NCBI GenBank assembly: GCA_964446685.1
Contig: CAYUPO010000001.1
Location: forward strand, 38,912 to 102,911
DNA from: an uncultured Gammaproteobacteria bacterium
Lineage (GTDB): Bacteria; Patescibacteriota; Microgenomatia; Daviesbacterales; UBA10151
Direction of reading: 5' to 3'
DNA: 64,000 bases
Shown: positions 28,135 through 36,372 of the stretch, one piece after another
How the letters are laid out: every line of letters starts with the position of its first letter
Position numbering within the stretch: position 1 is the stretch's first letter
Made by a program: the position numbers and the translations under genes
The notes under the pieces: generated by a model
Database searches by the model: none
Seen by the model: the letters and a program-made list of their open reading frames with translations, nothing else
Told to the model about the DNA's origin: nothing

Positions 28135-29499
28135 CTAGAAAATCTGAAAAAAAGCTGCTGCAATACTTGCTGTAATGATAATAACTGAACAAAGGAGGTA
28201 TTTCAGAGCAAACTCTCTGGTACCCTGTAAATAGCTGTATGTTGTTTTGGCTAATAAATTTACTCCGTTGGCCAAAACCAACGCCCAAACTCCAAGTGTG
28301 AGGGAGATCTGATTACCTGAAAGCTGGGAAGTGTTTATAACTATGGCGTCTATTCCGGTGAGAGCTCCCAGGGCAGAGGTGACTAAAAATCCATTGCTGC
28401 CATAAAATTCAATTGCAATTTTAGACATAATATTAATCACTAAATAAATTCCCATAAATCTTAAGGCGGAAGTTAAGGAAAATATCTGGTGTGACTGGTC
28501 TATTTTTTTACTGTCTACCACTTTTTGATTTTTACTTGCAGATGATGCTCGCAAAAAGAAAAACCCAATCATAAGAGAGCTGATTATTAATGAAGCCAGC
28601 ACCGGCAAAAATGATACAAATAACTGGGAATTTAATGATGCCAGAATCATTGCCACAGGTAAAAAACTGACTAAAGTTGCCAGAACTGCACCGGCAAGTA
28701 ATGGGTTCATATTTTTGGTTGTTTTACTTTCCTGAGCAATCGAAATAGTGGTGGCGGTAGATGAAACAAACCCACCGACCAGTGATGCGACAAGCCAGCC
28801 TTTACCCTGACCAATCGTTCTTTCCAAAACATAACCTAGAAGATCAACTCCTGTGATCAACACCACAATCAGCCATAATTTAAAAGGATTTATCAGTTCC
28901 AGACCAGCAATTTTGCTTATATCCCAACCAATATTATTAAAAAAGTTTTCAAAGCCATGAAAATCAGATAAAGCAAAAGTCTGATTTGGCAAAAAAGGCA
29001 GAATCACAAAAGCTAAAATAGCAAAACTAATTAAGGCATTAATTTCATGCTGTCTGATATCTTTGATAAATTTTTTGATCTCTTCTTTACGGGACATTAA
29101 CAGAACCAGTACTACTGTTAAGGCTGCAACTACCTGAACCGGGAGCAGATTGGTAACAATTAAAAATCCAATTAAATAAGTATAGATCACTGAAATTTCC
29201 GTTGTGATTCCAGGGTCCATTGTTAAGCGGCTGTCGAAGATGTAATAGATCATCAGCAGAACAAAAAATGCAATGGTAATAATTCCTGCAAAAATCGGAT
29301 TACTGGTAAAAAGTAATGCACTAATAGCACCCAAACCACTGACTAGAGAAAATGTTCGGAGTCCCAAAACAGCTTGCTTACCTGAAGAGTCACCCTGAAT
29401 ATCTTTTTGTTCATTGATCTCTCTTTCCAGTCCAATAACTGCACCCAAAGCAAAAGAGATCAGTAATTTAAGTGGTATATCAAGCGCATCCATGACCAA
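28135..29499 (-). CDS. MgtC/SapB + DUF4010 membrane protein
   Basis: GAVIGLERE, GLRTFSL, GITTE, GGFVSSTATT. Confidence 0.9.
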   Translation of the reverse strand: MVMDALDIPLKLLISFALGAVIGLEREINEQKDIQGDSSGKQAVLGLRTFSLVSGLGAISALLFTSNPIFAGIITIAFFVLLMIYYIFDSRLTMDPGITTEISVIYTYLIGFLIVTNLLPVQVVAALTVVLVLLMSRKEEIKKFIKDIRQHEINALISFAILAFVILPFLPNQTFALSDFHGFENFFNNIGWDISKIAGLELINPFKLWLIVVLITGVDLLGYVLERTIGQGKGWLVASLVGGFVSSTATTISIAQESKTTKNMNPLLAGAVLATLVSFLPVAMILASLNSQLFVSFLPVLASLIISSLMIGFFFLRASSASKNQKVVDSKKIDQSHQIFSLTSALRFMGIYLVINIMSKIAIEFYGSNGFLVTSALGALTGIDAIVINTSQLSGNQISLTLGVWALVLANGVNLLAKTTYSYLQGTREFALKYLLCSVIIITASIAAAFFQIF

Positions 29500-29559
29500 A
29501 GAGTATACAATATTTTCCCTAAACTTGAAAATTTAGCCAAAAGGTCTTAAACTCAACAT

Positions 29560-29964
29560 ATGTTAAAAGGCTTCAGAGATTTTTTGTTGAGAGGTAATGT
29601 GGTTGATTTAGCTGTTGCGGTAGTTGTTGGTGCAGCTTTTTCTCAGATTGTTACCGCTTTATCTAAAGATATTATCACTCCGGCAATCGGTATCATCGGC
29701 GGCACTCCGGATTTTTCATCTTACAAATATTCAATCAATGGCAGTGAACTTCTGCTGGGAGATTTTATTAATGCTATTGTCAGTTTTCTGATAACTGCTT
29801 CAGTTATTTACTTTTTTATCGTTGTACCAATGAACCGTTTATCAGCCAGACTGAAAAGAAATGAAAAAATAGATCCAACAGACAGACCCTGTCCGGAATG
29901 TCTAAGTGAAATCCCTCTTAAAGCAAAAAGATGCAAATTTTGCACAGCGATAATTAAAAAATAG
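29560..29964 (+). CDS. mscL: Large-conductance mechanosensitive channel with C-terminal CxxC-x10-CxxC
   Basis: FRDFLLRGNVVDLAVAVVVG; CPECLSEIPLKAKRCKFC. Confidence 0.95.
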   Translation: MLKGFRDFLLRGNVVDLAVAVVVGAAFSQIVTALSKDIITPAIGIIGGTPDFSSYKYSINGSELLLGDFINAIVSFLITASVIYFFIVVPMNRLSARLKRNEKIDPTDRPCPECLSEIPLKAKRCKFCTAIIKK

Positions 29965-30010
29965 TTTCTATTTTTCTTTTAAATTTTTCAACAAAAGGTT
30001 ACGGGTTGTT

Positions 30011-31246
30011 TTAAGGATATCTTTGAATAGCTTCTTCTGGGGTAAGCATCTCGCCTACTGAGTGGTCATCATTTATTATTACAACCTGGTTAGTATGCTC
30101 CGTGTCATGTACCAGATTTTTAATATGAATTCCTGGATGGACACTACGCCAGAAATAATGGACAAATTCAGTGATCTGATCATGAGTCATTCCCCCGCCC
30201 TTGGCGCGCAATGTTTCTTCTGCCTGATCTCTCCACTTTAAACTCATCTGATAATTGGCCACATATAAGACATTCAGAAACTCAAACATCATCCATAAAT
30301 GGGCATAGCTTTCCAGCTTTTTATTGACCATTTTGGCAAACTCCTGATCTGACTCTTTTTCCAATGCTGGTAATCCGCTTGAGAAAACTGATTCATCAGT
30401 TACCTGTCTTGCTCCCAGCATCCAGCCATCATAAAAAATAAAATCCGGTTTTTTGGTGACCAGTCTCCACGCAGTTGGTAAAGATTTCTTAGGAATTATC
30501 ACCTCCCCTGTTCCGCTAAAAAGGACATTATCCTGATCTTTTTCAGTTACTGTAACTGTTTGGCCTTTTTGGGTATTAAGAAATGTAATCAACTCTTCTG
30601 GTAATAATTTCTCAACAATTGGCACTAAAGAACCCATATTTTCTGATAACAAAATTTCTTTTCCAGCAAAAGTTAATTCAGTTAAACGAAGCGATAATAC
30701 TTCTTGGATTTGTTTGTTAACAGTCATTGTTTCAGTGACAACAGCAGCTTTTAACTCAGCTCCTTGCACAATATTGACCCATCTAAAGCGGTCTCCATCA
30801 CCTTGATGTGCACCTTTGTCATAACCTGAAACAATAATAGGAGATTCCCCCATCTGCTGCAGATCACGTAAATCCAAAATTGCCAAAGGAATATCATGCG
30901 TTACTCCCCTTCTAATAAACCGGGGATCCTGCTGTCTTATTTCACACAGCTTTTGATGGGTCACATAATGGTCATCAATTGATCTTGAAACTGAAGTAAA
31001 ACCAAGATGTTTTAAAAGTATTTCCAAAATCTCTCCCTGAGTCGTTTTACCTGCTCCCTGAATTGCCGAAACACCAACAATGATTCCGTCAGTGGAGCTC
31101 TTTTTTTTCTTTAGATCAATTAATTTAGCAATGTAAGGGAGATAATAATGCTCGAGGTTTTGCTTTAGCTGTTCTTTATTTACTTCTGGTCTTTTAGAAA
31201 AAAAATCATCAAATATTACAATATCTTTTTCCACATCAAAGTCCAT
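30011..31246 (-). CDS. P-loop kinase, D-glycerate 3-kinase (GLYK)/Tda10-like, with an internal insertion
   Basis: QGAGKTT, SIDDHY, RGVTHD, YDKGAHQGDGDR, DGWMLG, WRDQAE. Confidence 0.75.
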   Translation of the reverse strand: MDFDVEKDIVIFDDFFSKRPEVNKEQLKQNLEHYYLPYIAKLIDLKKKKSSTDGIIVGVSAIQGAGKTTQGEILEILLKHLGFTSVSRSIDDHYVTHQKLCEIRQQDPRFIRRGVTHDIPLAILDLRDLQQMGESPIIVSGYDKGAHQGDGDRFRWVNIVQGAELKAAVVTETMTVNKQIQEVLSLRLTELTFAGKEILLSENMGSLVPIVEKLLPEELITFLNTQKGQTVTVTEKDQDNVLFSGTGEVIIPKKSLPTAWRLVTKKPDFIFYDGWMLGARQVTDESVFSSGLPALEKESDQEFAKMVNKKLESYAHLWMMFEFLNVLYVANYQMSLKWRDQAEETLRAKGGGMTHDQITEFVHYFWRSVHPGIHIKNLVHDTEHTNQVVIINDDHSVGEMLTPEEAIQRYP

Positions 31247-31299
31247 TCATTATTATGGACATATTAGTATTAATGTAGCAATAGGAAGTTAATCCCTGC

Positions 31300-31346
31300 T
31301 ATTTGATATTAGATATTGGATATTTGATATTTGATATTTGATATTA
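31300..31346. repeat. TATTTGA heptamer x6 (degenerate)
   Basis: Tandem array read directly from the sequence. Confidence 0.75.
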
Positions 31347-31368
31347 ATATTATCTTCTTTTTGAACAT

Positions 31369-31393
31369 AAAAAAGGGACCTTTGCAGATCCCT
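31369..31393 (-). terminator. Rho-independent terminator of the RRM gene
   Basis: GGGATCT-GCAA-AGGTCCC followed by T6 on the minus strand. Confidence 0.85.
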
Positions 31394-31421
31394 GTTTTAT
31401 GTAAGATAGTGGGTAGATAGT

Positions 31422-31754
31422 TTAGTATCTATTTCTCCCATTATCGTAACCTCCGCCACCCCCACGGTTGTTAGAGCCATTTCTGTCTCCTCCACCTTGT
31501 GGACGTTCTTCACGAGGTCTGGCTACTGAAACACCGAGTCTTCGACCATCTTGGTCTGATCCTTCAAGTGCTTTGATTGCTGCTTGCGCTTCATCATCAT
31601 TAGCCATTTCTACAAATCCGAATCCTTTGCTTTGTCCAGTAAATTTATCAGTTATTACCTGAGCTGACTGAACTGTTCCAAAAGCTTCAAACATTGCTTG
31701 TAAATCTGAGCTCGTTTTAGCATAGGTTAATCCACCTACGAATAATTTTGTCAT
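31422..31754 (-). CDS. RRM RNA-binding protein with Gly-rich tail
   Basis: RNP2 LFVGGL, RNP1 KGFGFVEM; SD AAGGCGGTGA. Confidence 0.95.
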   Translation of the reverse strand: MTKLFVGGLTYAKTSSDLQAMFEAFGTVQSAQVITDKFTGQSKGFGFVEMANDDEAQAAIKALEGSDQDGRRLGVSVARPREERPQGGGDRNGSNNRGGGGGYDNGRNRY

Positions 31755-31894
31755 TTTGCTTTCACCGCCTTCTTTTTAAAAAACCTCTTATGGAAATTGT
31801 TGCTTAGGAGAGTAAATCTTAAACGTTTATATCAACCAGAGTCTGTTAACTATAACCATTATCTATATAAATAGCAATCAGGCAGTCCAAACAA

Positions 31895-32311
31895 CTATTC
31901 ACCTGGCTTGGGTTTGGTTTCACCTTTTTTAATAATCTCTTTTAGTATCTCAAGATCTATATCTTCAATTTTTTTAAATCTAATACAGCTTTTTCCAATT
32001 GATGATTTTGGTAGCTTTGATTTATAACTTTCGGCAACATACTCTTTGCCATCAATAGCACAAACATAGACTGAGATATAATTTTTTTGTGAGGCCAATG
32101 CAATAATACACCAGTCCCCTTCTCTGCCTGAAGCATACTTATAGTGATAACTACCGTAGCCTATCATGCCGGAAATAATATATGGCTTAAGCTGAGGTAC
32201 TGTTTTTAAAATTAACTGATGCAGCTGCAGAATCTGACTTTTTCTTGGCTCGTCAATTCTTTCGATATACTCCTCTGGTGTTTTTGCATCAGTTACTTTG
32301 AACATGTTCAT
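31895..32311 (-). CDS. DUF1801 (YdhG-like) protein
   Basis: GMIGYG.YHYKYASGREGDW, LASQKNYIS, GKSCIRFK. Confidence 0.85.
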   Translation of the reverse strand: MNMFKVTDAKTPEEYIERIDEPRKSQILQLHQLILKTVPQLKPYIISGMIGYGSYHYKYASGREGDWCIIALASQKNYISVYVCAIDGKEYVAESYKSKLPKSSIGKSCIRFKKIEDIDLEILKEIIKKGETKPKPGE

Positions 32312-32389
32312 AATTGGTTATTATAACTTATCACTTAATTATTAACCAAAACTTATCTGATACTTACTCAGCAGTATTACATTTAATAC

Positions 32390-32536
32390 ATGAGTATTAA
32401 TTTCTTTAATATGAATGGATTAACAGCTTTGCTGTTTGGAATATTAATTTTGATTTTCCCAAAAATTATAAATTATCTGATTGCAATTTACCTGATCATC
32501 ACAGGCCTAATCGCCATCTTCGGTCCAATCGGATAA
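32390..32536 (+). CDS. Small membrane protein, DUF3096-like (48 aa)
   Basis: Not in the ORF track. MSINFFNMNGLTALLFGILILIFPKIINYLIAIYLIITGLIAIFGPIG. Confidence 0.7.
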   Translation: MSINFFNMNGLTALLFGILILIFPKIINYLIAIYLIITGLIAIFGPIG

Positions 32537-32617
32537 ACAGATAACCAATTATCCTATTTGTCATTTCGCAAGAAATAGCTTGCTCATTCTAGCTTGACCA
32601 GAATCATTTCAATAAAA

Positions 32618-32708
32618 CGTCATTTGAAGTGTAGTGAGAAATCTTAATACTAGTCAGGAATTAACTTGGTTTTAATCTAGAGATCTCTCGCTCCTCGCTC
32701 GAGATGAC
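32618..32708. repeat. REP/BIME-like inverted pair
   Basis: CGTCATTTGAAGTGTAGTGAGAAATC ... GGTTTTAATCTAGAGATCTCTCGCTCCTCGCTCGAGATGACA, near-identical to 14821-14864 and to the reverse complement of 21717-21761. Confidence 0.85.
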
Positions 32709-32731
32709 ACTGGGTCTATCTACTATCTAAA

Positions 32732-34036
32732 CTAATCGTCATCATCATCTTCCTGAGCTACATCTTCCATGTCTTTTGGTAAAGCTGGATTAATCAAAAA
32801 TCCTTTGAGATCTTTGCGGCCGACTATCAGAGGATATTTTAGATGACTTCTATCAACAACAGTAGCTGTTGAGACGATCTCTTTGCCGTGTAAAGTAAAT
32901 TTAATTTTTACGGCTGGTCTTGAACCAACCCCACTGGCGGATTTTATCATAATCTGCCTGTCCAAAATTTCTAATCCAAGCTCTTTGACCATTTTATGAT
33001 CCAGTGAAGTCCGGTAAGCGCCAGTATCAAGTTTGGCTAAATAAATCTTAGTTTCGTCCTCTTTCATAAATGTCACCTGCTCTACAGCATCCAAGATAAT
33101 TAATGAGTTTTCCTCTTCTTCGGATTCACTAAACAAAGACCTGGCCAGCTCTATTCCTCTTTCCGCTGATGGAATTGGTAAATTTTCGATTCTCTCAAGC
33201 CTGGTCCGCATTGAAGCCTGATTAGCTATCTGGATCTGTAATCCGGGTCGGGCATTAATTTCCAATACCAAAGGGCCTTTGTTTTTATCTATCACTATAT
33301 CCACACCGGCGTATCCCAGTCCTGAAGCTTCCTGAGCACGGGAAGCCATTAGTAAGATTTTTTCCCACTCTGGTATTCTCATGCCGATGATTGTGGCCAG
33401 CTTTTTTTGACTTTCAGGAGAGGTTGGATTTTTTATTAAAGCATGAAAAGCTTCACCATTTCGTAAATTGAGACCGACTGCAATAGCGCCCATATGAATA
33501 TTGGCTTTGCCTTCAGATTGTTTAGTTGGCAGTCTTAACATCGCCATCACCGGGACTTTATTAAAAACAATCACCCGGATATCAGGCAGACCAACATCAG
33601 TCATTTTCTTGAAAAAAGGATCAGGTCTGATCAACTCCTCAACATAAGCGATATCCGGCAGAGCTTGCAGTGAATAAACGCCATCTAAAACGTCAAAGAT
33701 ATGCGATTCGATATCCGCCCGGGAATATTTTTTGCCGGAAGTTGTAATCCCTTTTCTGCCATCCCAGCTTTCAAAAGCCAGAATTCCTTCACCACCATAC
33801 CCTCTGGATGGTTTGATCACAAAGCCATTTGTCGGTAAAGTCCAGTCAAAATCACGAATACTTTCCGGGGAATTAAAGGTAGTTATCAGCTGACTGGTCG
33901 GGACTTCATGCTTGATTAGCAGTTTTTTGGTCTCGATTTTATCATCCGCTCTTTTTTTAGCGCGGGCTTTGTTAAATTTACGTATATAAATGAAATTTCG
34001 GGCGTTCATCCCGAGAGCGCTGGTACTAATTGCCAT
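32732..34036 (-). CDS. Alpha-L-glutamate-ligase-like ATP-grasp (ATPgrasp_ST) fused to a RimB-like retropepsin-fold protease
   Basis: LGMNARN, DDKIETK, FVIKP.RGYGGEGI, PDIRVI, AMLRLPT..SEGKANIHMG, LEINARPGL; C-terminal KLDTGAYRTSLD, DRSHLKYPLIVGR. Confidence 0.88.
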   Translation of the reverse strand: MAISTSALGMNARNFIYIRKFNKARAKKRADDKIETKKLLIKHEVPTSQLITTFNSPESIRDFDWTLPTNGFVIKPSRGYGGEGILAFESWDGRKGITTSGKKYSRADIESHIFDVLDGVYSLQALPDIAYVEELIRPDPFFKKMTDVGLPDIRVIVFNKVPVMAMLRLPTKQSEGKANIHMGAIAVGLNLRNGEAFHALIKNPTSPESQKKLATIIGMRIPEWEKILLMASRAQEASGLGYAGVDIVIDKNKGPLVLEINARPGLQIQIANQASMRTRLERIENLPIPSAERGIELARSLFSESEEEENSLIILDAVEQVTFMKEDETKIYLAKLDTGAYRTSLDHKMVKELGLEILDRQIMIKSASGVGSRPAVKIKFTLHGKEIVSTATVVDRSHLKYPLIVGRKDLKGFLINPALPKDMEDVAQEDDDDD

Positions 34037-34955
34037 TGGTTTTTATTGCCTGAAAGCGGAAGTACTCGGTCAATCTGAGACCAAAATATCTTCCGATCAG
34101 TAAGTTGAGCGGGATAAGCAGCAGGATTAATTCAGGATAAAGCAAAACTGCGTCCCGCAGCGGATTGTATTGCAAAATGGCATACCCTAAAAGTCCTATG
34201 CCAACTGTCAGAATGGTGATATTCATAGTTTCGATCAGACTTCTTTGTAACTGTAAAGACACAATTTTGTCTGATAATAAAATGAAGACCAATATTGGGA
34301 AAATCGAGATGTACTGAACGGATAAAATACCCATCCTGGCACTAAATACGAGTGATAAAAAGACCATAATTGAGACCAAAAAGAGTGATAAAGCCATTTT
34401 TGGCAACTGCATGATTCTGACCTGCTTTAAGATAATCCGGGATGTTAATGAAGCAATTAAAATACTAATAATTAATATCGTTCCCGCAGTTAGACCTGTG
34501 GCAATCAAAGAGACAGATAAAATAATTGGTACCAGCATCTCCATACTTGGCAAACCAATCACCAACCTGATAAAAGCGATAATACTGGCTAAAACAGGCA
34601 GTAATAAAATAAGCACTATCGTGTTGGCAGGCACTCCCACAGCTACTGCATACTGTACAGTAAAAGCCATAAAATTTATTGGATTTAGACTGCCTTCGGG
34701 ACGCTGCTGAAACAGTTTTAAGACAGCTTCTTTCTCCTGGGTCTCCTCAGGCTTTGTAATATCATCTTTTTTAAGATCAGCCAAAAGTTGAGCCAAAGAA
34801 GCCGAATCAGTCGCAATGGTGGCAGATTCACTTGCTGAAGCAGTTGCTTCAAGAGAAGGTGATGGTGAAAATCGCAACGGATTTTGTACGGCCTCTACCG
34901 AACCTGGCAAAACAAAAAACAGGCTGAAGGCCAAAATTAATAGGGGGAGTTTCAT
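34026..34955 (-). CDS. 7TM domain protein (7TM_transglut-like)
   Basis: Signal peptide, Ser/Ala linker, LILLLPV..AFIRLVIGLP, IFPILV, GRYFGLRLTEYFRF. Confidence 0.82.
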   Translation of the reverse strand: MKLPLLILAFSLFFVLPGSVEAVQNPLRFSPSPSLEATASASESATIATDSASLAQLLADLKKDDITKPEETQEKEAVLKLFQQRPEGSLNPINFMAFTVQYAVAVGVPANTIVLILLLPVLASIIAFIRLVIGLPSMEMLVPIILSVSLIATGLTAGTILIISILIASLTSRIILKQVRIMQLPKMALSLFLVSIMVFLSLVFSARMGILSVQYISIFPILVFILLSDKIVSLQLQRSLIETMNITILTVGIGLLGYAILQYNPLRDAVLLYPELILLLIPLNLLIGRYFGLRLTEYFRFQAIKTNGN

Positions 34956-35034
34956 AAAAGAATGTTAACAGATATAGCAGCTCTAGTAAATGAGTTTTTG
35001 TAACTCTGCAGTAAGAATCAGGTGTGACTTTTTA

Positions 35035-36030
35035 TCATTTAGATTCAAAATAATTGTATACCGCTTTTGAGACATCTGCTATCCGATCTTCGGCTGCAGC
35101 GGGCGCTGGTGACTCTGACAGAACTACTATTATATATTCCCCCTTTTTGCCGTAGACAATTCCGGCATCATGAGTAAACATTCCCAGCTCCCCAGTTTTA
35201 TGAGCCACAGTCACACCTTCGGGCAAGGCTGCCGGTAATTTATTATTAAGTCTCTGTTTTTTGAGCAGTTCCAGCATTTTGTCGGTATTTTCCTGATTTG
35301 CTAGCTGGCCAGAACGAAGTTTTTCATAAAATTTGAGCATATCCAGGGCTGTAGTCTTTGGGTCCCCTCCAACAGCTGAGTCTTTAAAACCGTTTTCTGT
35401 TAGAAACTGCCTGACTGTTGAAAGCTTATTTTTTTCAGTTAAGAGCATTGCTGCGTAATTGTGTGAGATAGTGATCATTTGGGTTAAAGCCTGATTGACA
35501 GTCATGGTGATACCTCCGGAAGTTAACTCAGCATTTTCCGGGTCAATTCCAAAAGTTTGGTTTAAATCGGCTATAGTCCGACTCATCTTCTCTTCTGGAT
35601 CCAGCTCCCCTGACTGAATTTTGTGAAATGACTCAGCCATTACCCAAAGTTTATAAAGTGATCCGGTTTCAAATGATTTATTTTCATTTAAATAATATTC
35701 TTCACCAGTGCTGAGGTTTTTAATAGCTACTGCATACGATCCTTTGGTTCCCTCAAGTGCTGTCGCCACTATTTTGCCAAGTGGAGAAAGCTGTACTTCA
35801 GGAGATGGCGACGGCTGTGTTGGTTCAGGGGTCATGGAGGCTGTTTGGTTAGTTCCTAAAACCTGAACTTGGATTGAATCAGGTTCTACATCTTTCCATA
35901 ACCTGTATGCTTCAACTTTTTCCAAACTAAAATAAACTCCATAACTCATTATTCCCAGAAGAACTAAAAAAACTAATGGTGTTGCAGATGATCTGGGTGA
36001 TTGTCGCTTAAGGTGCACAGAGCGGCGCAT
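35035..36030 (-). CDS. Class A beta-lactamase-like serine hydrolase
   Basis: SLYK (SxxK), SHN (SxN), HKTG. Confidence 0.9.
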   Translation of the reverse strand: MRRSVHLKRQSPRSSATPLVFLVLLGIMSYGVYFSLEKVEAYRLWKDVEPDSIQVQVLGTNQTASMTPEPTQPSPSPEVQLSPLGKIVATALEGTKGSYAVAIKNLSTGEEYYLNENKSFETGSLYKLWVMAESFHKIQSGELDPEEKMSRTIADLNQTFGIDPENAELTSGGITMTVNQALTQMITISHNYAAMLLTEKNKLSTVRQFLTENGFKDSAVGGDPKTTALDMLKFYEKLRSGQLANQENTDKMLELLKKQRLNNKLPAALPEGVTVAHKTGELGMFTHDAGIVYGKKGEYIIVVLSESPAPAAAEDRIADVSKAVYNYFESK

Positions 36031-36132
36031 AACTACTTATTATATAGAAGTTAAAACAAGTTTGCCTGAGAAAAATTATTATTTAGGTAACTATTCTGAA
36101 TCAGCCTACTAAACGGAATATCCTATAGCAGC

Positions 36133-36372
36133 TTGCTTTTTGTAAAAAGATGTGTTACAATGACTTTTAGTTGATTTAGAATTTGAGCTATACAACGAAT
36201 TTTCCCTTCAAGTTCCTCCAGAAATACGGATGAATGCTACCAGGTTAGCGGGTCAGATCTCTTTGAAAGTAGCTCCAAAATAATTGCGATTTATATCCAT
36301 TTAATTTATTTCCAAGTCAATACTAATTTAACTCCTAATATATATGTTGGGAGTTAAAAACAAAGTAATTTA
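36133..36372 (+). promoter_or_regulatory. Promoter and ~200-nt structured 5' leader of the DEAD-box helicase
   Basis: TTGCTT, 17 nt, TACAAT with extended TG; GAGCTA/TAGCTC stem enclosing smaller stems; hairpin TAACTCCTAA/TTGGGAGTTA. Confidence 0.5.

Noticed and set aside
30470-30778. Intein in the kinase
   Set aside because: No Cys/Ser start, no His-Asn end and no LAGLIDADG motif.
35035-36030. True antibiotic-resistance beta-lactamase
   Set aside because: SxxK, SxN and KTG are present, but I see no omega-loop ExxLN motif. More likely a cell-wall serine hydrolase.
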